Notes under the pieces: model-generated
Told to the model about the DNA's origin: nothing
The model's database searches: none
What the model saw: the letters and a program-made list of their open reading frames with translations, nothing else
Shown here: one piece after another, positions 38,211 through 48,220 of the stretch
Numbering within the stretch: the stretch's first letter is position 1
How the letters are laid out: each line of letters begins with the position of its first letter
Position numbers and translations under genes: made by a program
Origin: Spirochaetia bacterium
Lineage (GTDB): Bacteria > Spirochaetota > Spirochaetia > SZUA-6 > Bin103
DNA length: 64,000 nucleotides
Direction of reading: 5' to 3'
NCBI GenBank assembly: GCA_965198005.1
Contig: CBDAOI010000004.1
Location: 2,080,001 to 2,144,000 of the forward strand

Positions 38211-39233
38211 TCAGGCGACGAATCGCCGGTAGACACGAAGGTCCAACGCCTTAAGCCGGAGAAGCACGTCGTCCACCTTGGACTGTTCTTCCCTGGTGGC
38301 GACGTAGTGGTCGATCAACCAGAAGTAGCGATTGATCAGCCGCGGGACCAACGCCGCCGGCGCGACGTCCTCATCCGGCGCCGACAGAATAATCCCCTCA
38401 CCGGTGGCGCTCAGGCCAAGTGACTGTTCCAACTCGAAGATCGACTGCCGCAGCCGTCCATACTCGAGCGGCCTGAGCACTCGTTTGATGCTGAACGCTT
38501 CCATCAGTGTACCATATACCGGTATCCACTCGCAAATGTCGTCAGTCACGCCGCTGCGCTTCACTTCCGCCACCAGCCCCTTGATCAGCGGCGACTCCAG
38601 CCGCTCGACCGGTATCTGCGCCGGGCCAAGGTAGAACGCCTCGCGGAAGAACAGCTTGGCGGCGCGGGTCTCGTCGATCAGCGAGTAGCAGTCGGCCAGC
38701 TCGGCCAGCAGCGGCGGCCAGTTCCGGTCCCGGGCGTTCGCCTGCTCCAGATAGTCGATGGCGTTGGCGAAGTCACCGACCGCCTTGCAGCAGTACCCGA
38801 CCTGCACCAGATAGCGGGTGTAGGCGCTCGGCCGGGAAGAGTAGGGCGGCCCGGCCTCCGCCACGCCTGGCGACCGGTCCTGCAGCAGGTCGGACAACGC
38901 CGTCGCGTGCACGAAGTACTTGATCTCCTGAAAACACCTCTCCGGCAACTCCTCGATCCGTTCGGCGAAACTGCGGAAGGTGGCCCACTGGTCGAGCAGG
39001 TAGGCGGCGCGTTCGCTGCCGGCGCCCACCTCGGTGGCGCGCTGCTGGCGCTCGGTCCAGAAGCGAACTCCTTTGAGGGACGCCGTTATCCCCTGGTATT
39101 CGACGTCCAGTTCCAGGGCGCGCTCCAGCAACTCGGACGCCGCCTCGAACTGGCCGGCGCGCAGCCGTCCGTAGGCGCTGTTGACCAGATGCGCAATGTC
39201 GTTCTCTTTGAACGTGAGTTGAGGGTCGGTCAT
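38211..39233 (-). CDS. TPR-containing conserved hypothetical protein upstream of greA
   Basis: TPR-like helices (GYCCKAVGDFANAIDYLEQA; LAELADCY..AKLFFREAF), WIPVYG, LINRYFWLIDHY. Start ATG 39233. Confidence 0.8.
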   Translation of the reverse strand: MTDPQLTFKENDIAHLVNSAYGRLRAGQFEAASELLERALELDVEYQGITASLKGVRFWTERQQRATEVGAGSERAAYLLDQWATFRSFAERIEELPERCFQEIKYFVHATALSDLLQDRSPGVAEAGPPYSSRPSAYTRYLVQVGYCCKAVGDFANAIDYLEQANARDRNWPPLLAELADCYSLIDETRAAKLFFREAFYLGPAQIPVERLESPLIKGLVAEVKRSGVTDDICEWIPVYGTLMEAFSIKRVLRPLEYGRLRQSIFELEQSLGLSATGEGIILSAPDEDVAPAALVPRLINRYFWLIDHYVATREEQSKVDDVLLRLKALDLRVYRRFVA

Positions 39234-39330
39234 GTAGGGATGGCGTTGCCCTATGGTACACCGCAGCCGCGCCCTCGTCAAACGCGGCGCGGGTGACGCG
39301 GCGCACGTTCCGTGATGTAATCCCGGAACC

Positions 39331-40065
39331 ATGAGTATCACGCAGCGGCTGCTTCGGCCCGGCGCCGGCGGCGGCCGGCAGGTGGTGGTGGCTCCCTCGG
39401 TGCTGGCGGCGGACGGCGCGGCGCTCGGCAGTGCCGTGGCCGTCGCGGAGCGCGCCGGCGCCGACTGGATCCACCTCGACGTGATGGACGGGGTGTTCGT
39501 GCCGCCCATCACCTTCGGCGCCCAGACCGTTGCGGCGTTGCGCGCCCGTACGGAACTGCCGCTCGACGTCCACCTGATGACGGTTCATCCGGAGCGCCAC
39601 GTCGCGGCCTGCGCGGAGGCGGGAGCGGACGTGATTACGGTGCACCTGGAGGCGTCGACCCACGTCCACCGCACCCTGGAGGCGATCCGTACGGCCGGCG
39701 CCGCCGCCGGGCTGGCGCTGGTCCCGTCCACCCCGGCCGGCTGGATCGCGGAGGTGATGGAAGAGGTGGACCTGGTTCTGGTAATGACCGTCGATCCCGG
39801 CTACGGGGGGCAGCGGCTCATTCCCCGCTGTCTCGACAAGGTGCGCCGGGTGGCGGCTGCGCGCGCTCAGGCCGACGCCGGGTTCCTGATCGAGGTGGAT
39901 GGCGGGATCACCCGGGACACGGCGGCCGCGGCGCTCGGCGCCGGAGCGGACGTGCTGGTGGTGGGGAGCGCGTTCTTCGGCGCCGACGGTGAGGCGGCAC
40001 GTTCGAATCTGATTACCCGGCTGCGTACCGCACGCGAGCCGGCCGCGGCGGTCGATCGCCCCTGA
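39331..40065 (+). CDS. rpe: Ribulose-phosphate 3-epimerase
   Basis: [40 protein letters not shown]. Confidence 0.96.
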   Translation: MSITQRLLRPGAGGGRQVVVAPSVLAADGAALGSAVAVAERAGADWIHLDVMDGVFVPPITFGAQTVAALRARTELPLDVHLMTVHPERHVAACAEAGADVITVHLEASTHVHRTLEAIRTAGAAAGLALVPSTPAGWIAEVMEEVDLVLVMTVDPGYGGQRLIPRCLDKVRRVAAARAQADAGFLIEVDGGITRDTAAAALGAGADVLVVGSAFFGADGEAARSNLITRLRTAREPAAAVDRP

Positions 40066-40523
40066 TGCGCGCGGTGGTGCAGCGTGTCAGGCGCTGCGAA
40101 GTGCGGGTCGAGTCGCCGGAGCAGCCGTATCGGGCGGCGATAGGACCGGGACTGCTGGCCTACCTCGGAGTGTCCGTGGACGACACCGATGCCGACGTCG
40201 CCTACCTCGCCAACAAGATCAGCGGACTGAGGATCTTTTCCGACGCGGCCGGCCGCATGGAGCGCTCGGTGGTGGATTGCGGCGGCGAGGTGATGGTGGT
40301 GTCCCAGTTCACGTTGTACGGCGACGTCCGGCGCGGGCGCCGCCCGGGGTACACACGAGCCGCGCCCCCGGCGATCGCCGTGGCGCTCTACGAACGCCTG
40401 ATCGGCCGGCTGCGGGAGCGCGGGCTGGTCGTCAAGGGCGGCAGATTCCGCGCCACCATGCAGGTGGACGCGGTCAACGACGGTCCGGTAACCATCCTGC
40501 TCGACTCCGAGCGCATTTTTTGA
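40065..40523 (+). CDS. dtd: D-aminoacyl-tRNA deacylase
   Basis: [27 protein letters not shown]. Confidence 0.96.
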   Translation: MRAVVQRVRRCEVRVESPEQPYRAAIGPGLLAYLGVSVDDTDADVAYLANKISGLRIFSDAAGRMERSVVDCGGEVMVVSQFTLYGDVRRGRRPGYTRAAPPAIAVALYERLIGRLRERGLVVKGGRFRATMQVDAVNDGPVTILLDSERIF

Positions 40524-40534
40524 CCCGCTGCGGC

Positions 40535-40571
40535 CGCTAGGAGTCTGTCGGATTGCGACAGACTCCTAGCG
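40535..40571. repeat. Perfect 16-bp inverted repeat (CGCTAGGAGTCTGTCG / CGACAGACTCCTAGCG, 5-nt loop); possible IS/MITE scar or terminator
   Basis: Arms 40535-40550 and 40556-40571 are exact reverse complements. CTAG occurs in both arms. Confidence 0.85.
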
Positions 40572-40741
40572 TTCGGACGGGATGGGCCAAGAGCGTCGCC
40601 CCGGGCGGCGGTTTTGGGGCGCTAACCGTGCGGCGCGCAAGCGCGAGCGACGGGCGGGCGTTGTACCGGTAAACTACCATCCGCCGTAGCATGCGGCTGT
40701 CGGGAGACAGCCGGTGGTGGTCGGCGCGAGGAGGGGGAGAC

Positions 40742-41848
40742 ATGACCAATCGAACGAATGGAAAGTCCGGCGAGCCCGAGTTTTCGGTACGGCTGGACTC
40801 CGAACGGCTGAAGGCGCTCGACGCGGCGCGGCTCCAGATCGAAAAACAGTTCGGCAAGGGATCCATCATGCAGCTCGGAACGTCCGCCGAGCGCGCCGAC
40901 ATCAGGATCGTGCCCTCGGGATCGGTCCTGCTGGATGCCGCGATGGGGGTCGGGGGCTACCCGCGCGGACGCATCACCGAGATCTATGGGCCGGAGTCGT
41001 CGGGCAAGACCACGCTGGCGCTGCACGCTATCGCGGAGGCGCAGCAGCTCGGTGGCATTGCGGCCTTCATCGATGCCGAGCATGCGCTCGACCCGACCTA
41101 CGCGCAGCAGCTCGGGGTCGATATCGACGACCTCTGGGTGGCGCAACCGGATCACGGCGAGCAGGCGCTCGAGATCGTGGAGTCGTTGATCCGATCGGGG
41201 GCGATGGACGTGATCGTCGTCGACTCGGTGGCGGCCCTCACGCCGCGCGCGGAGATCGAGGGGGACATGGGCGATTCGCACATGGGGCTGCAGGCGCGGC
41301 TCATGAGCCAGGCCTTGCGCAAGCTCACTGCCACGATTGCGAAATCGGGTACCTGCCTCATCTTCATCAATCAGATCAGAATGAAAATCGGGGTGATGTT
41401 CGGCAATCCGGAGACTACCACCGGCGGCAACGCGCTGAAGTTCTACTCCACCATTCGCATCGAGGTGCGCAAGATCGAGACCATAACCAAGGGGACCGAC
41501 AATCCGCTGGGGAATCGGGTCCGGGTCCGCGTCGTCAAGAACAAGGTCGCGCCGCCGTTCCACAAGGTGGAACTGGAGATCATGTTCGGCAAAGGCGTTT
41601 CGGCCAGCGCAAGCCTGGTGGACGCCGCGGTCCAACATGGAATCATCGAGAAGAGCGGCACCTGGTACTCCTACGGCACGGAACGGATCGGCCAGGGGCG
41701 TGAGAACGCCAAACGGTTCCTCGACGAGAATGAAGCGATTCGCGGGCAGATCGACAGCCGCGTGCGGGCAGTGCTGTTTCCAGGAGCCGCCACCCGCGCG
41801 GCGGCGGTAGCTGCCGCGGACGGTGGGGCGGCCGGCACGGTCGGCTGA
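40742..41848 (+). CDS. recA: Recombinase RecA
   Basis: [58 protein letters not shown] before ATG 40742. Confidence 0.98.
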   Translation: MTNRTNGKSGEPEFSVRLDSERLKALDAARLQIEKQFGKGSIMQLGTSAERADIRIVPSGSVLLDAAMGVGGYPRGRITEIYGPESSGKTTLALHAIAEAQQLGGIAAFIDAEHALDPTYAQQLGVDIDDLWVAQPDHGEQALEIVESLIRSGAMDVIVVDSVAALTPRAEIEGDMGDSHMGLQARLMSQALRKLTATIAKSGTCLIFINQIRMKIGVMFGNPETTTGGNALKFYSTIRIEVRKIETITKGTDNPLGNRVRVRVVKNKVAPPFHKVELEIMFGKGVSASASLVDAAVQHGIIEKSGTWYSYGTERIGQGRENAKRFLDENEAIRGQIDSRVRAVLFPGAATRAAAVAAADGGAAGTVG

Positions 41849-41944
41849 GGAGGTCCCGCCGCCGCGCGGCCGACGGGATGGCGCCTGCAACGACGAGCTA
41901 CCACAAGCCGGGAAACGACGCTACAATCGGACGCGGAGATTGCA

Positions 41945-42844
41945 ATGCCGGCTCCGCACAGCCACGTCAACGGACAATCGTCCCTTGAGTTCGCGCCGTC
42001 CGCCGGGGATGCTTCCGATCCGGCAGCCGGCGCGCGGTTCCGGGTTGACGGCGCGCGGTTTCGTCTTGACCAATTCGAGGGACCGCTCGACCTGCTCCTG
42101 CACCTGATCCAGCGCGCGGAAGTCAACATCTACGACATTCCGATCGCGGCCATCACCACCCAGTACCTGGAGTATCTGGCAGCCGCCGGCGCGCCCGATC
42201 CGAACGGGGAGAGTCCCGCGACCGCGGCCAACGGCACCGCGGACGCGGCCGCAGCCCCGGCCGAACGGCTGGAGGAGTTGACCCGGTTCCAGGTCATGGC
42301 GGCCACGCTGCTGCACGTCAAGTCACGCATGCTGTTGCCGCTGCCGTACTCCACGGACGAGCCGTACGAGGACCCCCGGCAGGAGCTGGTCGAACGGTTG
42401 CTGGAGTACCAACGCTTCAAGCGGCTCAGCGACATACTGTCCGAGCAACAGCGCACCGCGCAATGGATCATTACCCGCACCGAGCCGCGGGTCCCTCCCG
42501 CACTCGAGGAGCAGGCCGACTCGAATGGGCACGGTACCCGGCTGTCTCCCGATGAGCTGCTGCGATACTTCCGCGAGATCGTGGCCGCCATCGGCAGCGA
42601 GCAACTGACCAGTCTGTACGAAGAATTCACCGTCAATCAGAAAATCGCGCTCGTGCATGAGCGTCTGCAAATCACCCGAGCGTTCGCGTTCACGGAGCTG
42701 GTGGGCAGCGGCTCCGCGCTCGAGATCATCTGTGCGTTCTGGGCGGTGTTGGAATTGGCGAAGAATCAGACGATCGTCGTGCTCCAGCGCCAGCCGTTTG
42801 CCGACATTACCGTGCAGCGGCGGCGTGCGGTCGAGGCAGTGTGA
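41945..42844 (+). CDS. scpA: Segregation and condensation protein A
   Basis: FEGPLDLLLHLI, IYDIPI, MAATLL..KSRMLLP, DPRQELVERLLEYQRFK. Confidence 0.93.
   Translation: MPAPHSHVNGQSSLEFAPSAGDASDPAAGARFRVDGARFRLDQFEGPLDLLLHLIQRAEVNIYDIPIAAITTQYLEYLAAAGAPDPNGESPATAANGTADAAAAPAERLEELTRFQVMAATLLHVKSRMLLPLPYSTDEPYEDPRQELVERLLEYQRFKRLSDILSEQQRTAQWIITRTEPRVPPALEEQADSNGHGTRLSPDELLRYFREIVAAIGSEQLTSLYEEFTVNQKIALVHERLQITRAFAFTELVGSGSALEIICAFWAVLELAKNQTIVVLQRQPFADITVQRRRAVEAV
42029..42070 (+). repeat. Imperfect 21-bp tandem duplication (GARFRVD/GARFRLD) in the scpA 5' region
   Basis: ggcgcgcggttccgggttgac followed by ggcgcgcggtttcgtcttgac. Confidence 0.7.
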
Positions 42845-43410
42845 ACGACGCCGAGCGTCCGGCGCCGACCGATCCGGACCAGCAGAGCCGGCTGCTGGAA
42901 GCGATCATCGCCCTGGAAGCGGAACCCCAGAGCCCGGAACGGCTGGCACGGCTGACCGGGCTCTCGCGGCGGCAGGTGCGGGCGGCGCTGGAACGGGTGT
43001 GCGCCCGGTTTGCGGACTCCGGCCACGGCATACGGATAGTCGAAGTAGCGGGCGGCTACACCATGGTCCCGATCGAGGAGATGTGGCCGTGGCTGCGGCC
43101 CCACTACGGCAAGCTCGCCCAGGCCCGGCTGTCACGCGCGGCCATGGAGACCCTCGCCATCATTGCCTATTCGCAACCGATTACCCGCAGCGAAGTCGAG
43201 AGCATACGCGGGGTGTCGCCCGACGCGATGATCCGCACGCTGCTCGAGCGGCACCTGATCCACGAAGTCGGGCGCAAGGACACGCCGGGGCGGCCGATTC
43301 AGTACGGGACCTCTGCCGAGTTCCTCCGCACGTTCGGACTCGCGTCGATCGCCGACCTGCCCAAGCTCACCGAACCGGATCGGGCCCGGTTCGCAACGGA
43401 CGGTGGATGA
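42841..43410 (+). CDS. scpB: SMC-Scp complex subunit ScpB
   Basis: LSRAAMETLAIIAYSQPITRSEVESIRGV, PGRPIQYGT..FLRTFGL..I.DLP. Confidence 0.95.
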   Translation: MNDAERPAPTDPDQQSRLLEAIIALEAEPQSPERLARLTGLSRRQVRAALERVCARFADSGHGIRIVEVAGGYTMVPIEEMWPWLRPHYGKLAQARLSRAAMETLAIIAYSQPITRSEVESIRGVSPDAMIRTLLERHLIHEVGRKDTPGRPIQYGTSAEFLRTFGLASIADLPKLTEPDRARFATDGG

Positions 43411-44152
43411 GGCGGCGGCGGCGCGCCTGCACGTCGTCCTGGCCAACGCCGGCGTTGCCTCGCGCCGCGCCGGCGAACGCCTGATAGCCGCCGGCAGGGT
43501 TGCGGTCAACGGCCGCGTGGTGACCGCCCAGGGCACCCGGGTCGGCCCGGCGGACCGCGTCACCGTGGACGGCACCGAGATTCACGCCCGCGCGCGCCGC
43601 GTATACCTGGCATTGCACAAGCCGGTTGGATATCTGTGCTCGAACGCGGCCGACCGCACCGGCCGGCCCCTGGCACGGCAACTGCTGCCGGCGGCCGAAC
43701 GCATCTACCACGTCGGCCGCCTGGACCTGGCGTCGTCGGGGCTGCTGCTGTTCACCAACGACGGCCGGCTGGCGCTGCGCGTGACCCATCCCACCTACGG
43801 CGTCGAGAAAGAGTACGAGGTGGTTACCGAGCCGGCCCTGTCCGAGCCCGCGCTGCAACGGTACCGCGCCGGATACCGGATCGGTGCGCTGGTCTACCGG
43901 GTGCGCGGTTACCGCCGGGGCCCCGCCAATACGGTCCGCCTGACCCTGACCGAGGGTCGCAACCGTGAGATTCGCCGCGTGCTGGCCGACGCCGGCGTGG
44001 CGGTTCGCCGGCTCACCCGCACGCGGATCGGACCGGTAACGGTCGGCGGACTGGCGCCGGGCGGTTGGCGGATGCTGACGCCCGCGGAAGTGGACTGGTT
44101 CCTGCGCCGCACCCGGCGAATCCCTGCCGCGGCACGTGCCGGCGATGGGTAA
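43403..44152 (+). CDS. rluB: RsuA/RluB family rRNA pseudouridine synthase
   Basis: S4 domain (GVASRR..E.LI..GRV.VNG), HKPVG, GRLD, EKEY, EGRNREIRR. Confidence 0.85.
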   Translation: MDEAAAARLHVVLANAGVASRRAGERLIAAGRVAVNGRVVTAQGTRVGPADRVTVDGTEIHARARRVYLALHKPVGYLCSNAADRTGRPLARQLLPAAERIYHVGRLDLASSGLLLFTNDGRLALRVTHPTYGVEKEYEVVTEPALSEPALQRYRAGYRIGALVYRVRGYRRGPANTVRLTLTEGRNREIRRVLADAGVAVRRLTRTRIGPVTVGGLAPGGWRMLTPAEVDWFLRRTRRIPAAARAGDG

Positions 44153-44834
44153 CGGCGTTCCGTTCGTGATCGCGATTGACGGCCCGTCGGGGTCCGGCAA
44201 GACGACGGTGGCCGAACGGCTGGCGGGCCAGCTCGAGGCCCGTTGGGTCAGTTCGGGCGCACTGTATCGCGCCGTCAGCCGGCTGGTCCTGGATCGGTTC
44301 GGTGCGGATGCCGCCGCCGCGCTCGTAGTCGAGCTGGCGCGCACGGAACCGATGGTGCTCAGTGGAGCCACGGTGCATGCCGGGGCACGCGAGCTTACGG
44401 CGCGGCTGTATCAGCCGGAGGTCGAAAGCGTGGTGGCCAGTCATTCGGCGATTCCCGCGGTGCGCGCGGCGGTGAACCGCCGGCTGCGCAGGCTGGTGCG
44501 GAGCGGGCCGTGGATCGTCGAGGGGCGGGACATCGGCACCGAGGTGTTTCCCGGCGCCGCGGTGAAGATTTTTCTCGACGCGGCCGCCGGTGCCCGGGTA
44601 GGGCGGCGGGCCCGGCAGCGGGGCCACCCCGGGGCCGGACCGGACCGCCGGCAGATCGCGCGCGCCTTGGCCGAGCGCGACCGGCGCGACCGTGCCAAGC
44701 CGGTGGGAGCGTTGCGACCGGCGGCGGATGCGCACCGGATCGATACGTCGGGGTTGACGGTCGCCGAAGCATGTGCGAGAGTAGGGCAGATCATTAGCAG
44801 TAATTCCTGCCAAGGAAATCCTTTTCGTTTATGA
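44145..44834 (+). CDS. cmk: Cytidylate kinase
   Basis: IAIDGPSGSGKTT, GALYRA, EGRDIGTEVFP, KIFLDA. Start is ATG 44145 or GTG 44136. Confidence 0.92.
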   Translation: MGNGVPFVIAIDGPSGSGKTTVAERLAGQLEARWVSSGALYRAVSRLVLDRFGADAAAALVVELARTEPMVLSGATVHAGARELTARLYQPEVESVVASHSAIPAVRAAVNRRLRRLVRSGPWIVEGRDIGTEVFPGAAVKIFLDAAAGARVGRRARQRGHPGAGPDRRQIARALAERDRRDRAKPVGALRPAADAHRIDTSGLTVAEACARVGQIISSNSCQGNPFRL

Positions 44835-46525
44835 GCGACACGGGCACGTCACAGCCGCAGTCCTTCGATACCCAGCTCCAAGAGCAGTACATCACGCGGC
44901 TCGAGCAGGTAGAAGAAGGCCAACTGATTACGGGACACGTAATTGAGGTTGGCGAGGAAATAGTATTCGTCGATGTAGGCCTCAAGTCGGAGGGCCGCAT
45001 CCCGAGCGAGGAGTTCTCCGAACCGCCGAAGAAGGGCGACGCAGTAGAAGTAGTGCTGCTGCGCAAGGAGGGCCGGTACGGAGAAGTAGTCGTATCGAAG
45101 CGCAAGGCGGACGAGCAGCGGATCTGGCGCGCCCTCAAGACCTCGGACGAAACCGGTGAGCCGGTAGCCGGACGGGTCGAGCGCAAGGTAAAGGGCGGCT
45201 ACGAGGTAGACCTGGGCGCCGCGCTGCGCGCCTTCGTGCCGTTCTCGAAGGTCGACGTGATGCGCGTGCGCGACGAAGACGCCTACGTCGGGCTCGATAC
45301 GCGGTTCTTCGTCGAGCAGCTCTACAACCGCGGCAAGGTGAACATCGTCCTGAACCGCAAAGCGTGGCTGGAACGCGAAGCCCGGAAGAAACGGGAGGAG
45401 TTCTATCGCAGCGCCGAGGCAGGAGACGTCTACCGCGGCACGGTGAAGTCCTTCACCTCGTTCGGAGCGTTCATCGACCTCGGCGGGTTCGACGGCCTGC
45501 TGCACGTGAACGACATGCGCTGGCGGCACGTCTCTTCACCCAAGGAGGCGGTGGTGATCGGCGAGGAGCTGGACGTCAAGGTCATTCGTCTGGACCGTGA
45601 GTCGCAGAAGGTGAACCTGAGCCTCAAGCACTTCACGCCGGATCCGTGGACCACGCTCGAAGAGCGGTACGCCACTGACGACGTGGTTACCGGCAAAGTG
45701 ACCAAGACCGCCGAGTTCGGGGCGTTCATCGAGATCGAGGAGGGCATCGAGGGGCTGCTGCACATCTCCGACATGTCGTGGGTCAAGAAAATAAGCCATC
45801 CGCGTGAGGTTCTGCGGACCGGCGACGAGGTCCAGGTCAAGATCCTCGCCTACGACCTGGAACGGGGCAAGCTGTCGCTCGGGCTCAAGCACGTACTGCC
45901 GAACCCGTGGGATACCGCCGCCGAACGCTATCCCCCCGGCAAGGTGGTCAAGGGGATAGTCCGCAACACCACCAGCTATGGAGCCTTCGTGGAGCTGGAG
46001 GAGGGGATCGACGGCCTGCTGCACGTCGAGGACATGTCGTGGACCAGGAAGGTGCGCAATCCCACCTCGGTGGTGCAGGTGAATCAGGAGCTCGAGGTGG
46101 CGGTGGTCGAGTTCGACCGCAAGGCGCGGCGGATCCGACTCGGCCTCAAGCAACTTTCCGACGATCCGTGGGCGGCGCTGGCACGCGCGTTCAAACGCGG
46201 CAGCGTGATCGAGGGAGAGGTGACCAGCAAGACCGACTTCGGCGTGTTCCTGCGCGTGCAGGGCGGAGTTGAAGGCCTGATCGCCAACACCCAGGTCGGC
46301 GACTCCGACGCCGACATCGAGCAGGCGCGGGCGCGCATCGAGCCGGGCAACCGGCTCAAGGCGGTGGTAACCGACGTCAACGCCGAGAAGCAACGTCTGT
46401 CGCTGTCGTTGCGAGCGTTCCGCAAGCAGGAAGAGCGCCAGGAACTGGTGAAGTACATCCACGATGACGAACAGCCCGACAAGGTATCGTTGGGCGACAT
46501 GCTCAAGGACAAGTCGTCCGGCTGA
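44831..46525 (+). CDS. rpsA: 30S ribosomal protein S1
   Basis: Six S1 repeats (VDVGLKSEG; FGAFIDLGGFDGLLH; FGAFIEIEEGIEGLLH ...). Follows cmk. Confidence 0.96.
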   Translation: MSDTGTSQPQSFDTQLQEQYITRLEQVEEGQLITGHVIEVGEEIVFVDVGLKSEGRIPSEEFSEPPKKGDAVEVVLLRKEGRYGEVVVSKRKADEQRIWRALKTSDETGEPVAGRVERKVKGGYEVDLGAALRAFVPFSKVDVMRVRDEDAYVGLDTRFFVEQLYNRGKVNIVLNRKAWLEREARKKREEFYRSAEAGDVYRGTVKSFTSFGAFIDLGGFDGLLHVNDMRWRHVSSPKEAVVIGEELDVKVIRLDRESQKVNLSLKHFTPDPWTTLEERYATDDVVTGKVTKTAEFGAFIEIEEGIEGLLHISDMSWVKKISHPREVLRTGDEVQVKILAYDLERGKLSLGLKHVLPNPWDTAAERYPPGKVVKGIVRNTTSYGAFVELEEGIDGLLHVEDMSWTRKVRNPTSVVQVNQELEVAVVEFDRKARRIRLGLKQLSDDPWAALARAFKRGSVIEGEVTSKTDFGVFLRVQGGVEGLIANTQVGDSDADIEQARARIEPGNRLKAVVTDVNAEKQRLSLSLRAFRKQEERQELVKYIHDDEQPDKVSLGDMLKDKSSG

Positions 46526-47229
46526 TGAGTAGCGCGAAGCCGGCATCCGAAAGAGCTGGCGGCATGTACGATGCCGTCTCGAGGTTCGTGGAACGGTACT
46601 GGCCGGCGTGTCTCACCGTGGCCGGCGTCCTGCTGGTTGCGGTGGTCATCTGGCTGGTCTGGGCCGAACGCGAACGCAGCGTCACCGAGAGCTCCGCACT
46701 GCGGGCCGAGCAGTTGCAGAATCTGTACGAGCGCTGGGTCACCGAGCCCGACGACGGCGACCGCGGCACGTTGGGCGAGGAGCTGCTCGACGAAGCGGAC
46801 CAGCTCCTGACCCGCTTCCCGCAGCGCTACGCCGCGCAACGCGCCCTGTACGTCCGGGCCCAGTACTGGTTCGAGCTCGAGCGCTGGCAGGAGGCGGCGG
46901 ACGACTGGCTGCGACTGGCTGACACCTGGCCGGCCAGCTATCTGGCGCCGCTCAGCGTGTTCAACGCCGCAGTGGCCGCCGAAGAGGAGAACGAACCGGC
47001 CAGATCACGGGCGCGCCTGCACCGGTTGGTAACGGAGTGGGGCGATGACGTGCTGGTGCCCCGCGCGCTGTTCTCCATCGGCCGAATCGAGGAGTCGCTG
47101 GCAGACCATACGGCCGCGAAAGCGGCCTACGACCGCCTGACCGATGAGCATCCCGGCAGCGGCTGGGCCACCGCGGCGCGCAACCGCCTCATTGCCCTGC
47201 AGGTCGAGGGCCGGCTCACCGCCGAGTAG
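46525..47229 (+). CDS. Membrane-anchored TPR protein (YfgM/CpoB-like)
   Basis: Single N-terminal TM helix, then TPR-like repeats (RALYVRAQ, RALFSIGRIEE..AKAAYDRL..HPGS.WA). Confidence 0.75.
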   Translation: MSSAKPASERAGGMYDAVSRFVERYWPACLTVAGVLLVAVVIWLVWAERERSVTESSALRAEQLQNLYERWVTEPDDGDRGTLGEELLDEADQLLTRFPQRYAAQRALYVRAQYWFELERWQEAADDWLRLADTWPASYLAPLSVFNAAVAAEEENEPARSRARLHRLVTEWGDDVLVPRALFSIGRIEESLADHTAAKAAYDRLTDEHPGSGWATAARNRLIALQVEGRLTAE

Positions 47230-47247
47230 GCGGCGGGCACACCGGCG

Positions 47248-47916
47248 GTGAGCCCCCCCTGGCGCTGGCTGCCCTGGCTCGCCGCCACCGCGCTGGTGGC
47301 TGCCTGCGGCCTGCCGGACGCACGTCCCGTGCTCGCTCTGCCGGTGCGCCCGCTGGCCGAGGACAATCGCGACCGGTTCACCTTCGCTGTGCCGCCGGAC
47401 CCGAATCCGGTTGAGTTTCAGGGCTACGTCGTGTTCTACCGCCTGTTCGACGATGAACAGGAGCGACTCAATCTGAGGCCGTCCCAACTGTGCCGGCCCG
47501 ACTTCTTTCTCCTCGGAAGTGCGGATCACAGACCGGATGACGACGCCCAATGTCCACCCCTGGGTACCGTGCTGCCGCTCATTCCCGAGCCGGCCGCCGC
47601 GGTCGAGCGCGTGGTGCTGGACTTCAGCGACCTCGAACAGCCGGTCGCGAGGCTCGAGCCAGGCGCCGGGGAAAACGACGAGATCGCGCTGCGCCGTGAC
47701 GTCGTCCGCGACGACCGGTTCGCCGCGTTCACCGACTGCGAGTTCGCGGCCGACCCGGATCTGGCGCTGCTCGACCCAGGCTCCGGCTGTCCGGGCCGCG
47801 CTGCCGGAGACCGCGTTCGGATACAACTCTACGTCATGTCCTACGGAGTCACCGAGTCCGGCGGGCCGCTGTGGAGCGAAGCCGCGCTGTCGCTGGGCAG
47901 CATCACGTTGCCCTGA
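47248..47916 (+). CDS. Hypothetical lipoprotein
   Basis: Lipobox LVAAC followed by GLP; FQGYVVFYRL motif; operonic position. Confidence 0.7.
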   Translation: MSPPWRWLPWLAATALVAACGLPDARPVLALPVRPLAEDNRDRFTFAVPPDPNPVEFQGYVVFYRLFDDEQERLNLRPSQLCRPDFFLLGSADHRPDDDAQCPPLGTVLPLIPEPAAAVERVVLDFSDLEQPVARLEPGAGENDEIALRRDVVRDDRFAAFTDCEFAADPDLALLDPGSGCPGRAAGDRVRIQLYVMSYGVTESGGPLWSEAALSLGSITLP

Positions 47917-47919
47917 CCC

Positions 47920-48195
47920 ATGTTCCAGTACGTCGACGTCGGCCTGACCTACATTACCGTCGGCCTGGCCGCCGCGGTGGTTGCCCACTTCGGCCTGCGG
48001 CAGCGGGTGCCGGGCGATTTCTGGGGAGCGTTGATCCTCGGTCTGATCGGCGCCGCGGCGGGCGGTCTGCTCGACCAGGTTCTGGCCGACCTCATCCGGC
48101 GCCTGTCCAACTTCAACTCGGTGAATCTGTTCGCGGCCGGTTTCGTTGCGCTGCTGCTGATCTGGTTATTCTCCCGGCTCAACGATCCGCGCTGA
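47920..48195 (+). CDS. Small membrane protein (GlsB/YeaQ/YmgE-like)
   Basis: Three hydrophobic Gly-rich helices (GDFWGALILGLIGAAAGG). Confidence 0.7.
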   Translation: MFQYVDVGLTYITVGLAAAVVAHFGLRQRVPGDFWGALILGLIGAAAGGLLDQVLADLIRRLSNFNSVNLFAAGFVALLLIWLFSRLNDPR

Positions 48196-48220
48196 CCCGG
48201 CCCCGGCCCCGTGCGCCGCC

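Noticed and set aside
40660..40674. Imperfect palindrome GTTGTACCGGTAAAC upstream of recA as a LexA box
   Set aside because: It matches no LexA consensus I know, and I saw no copy upstream of SRAP.
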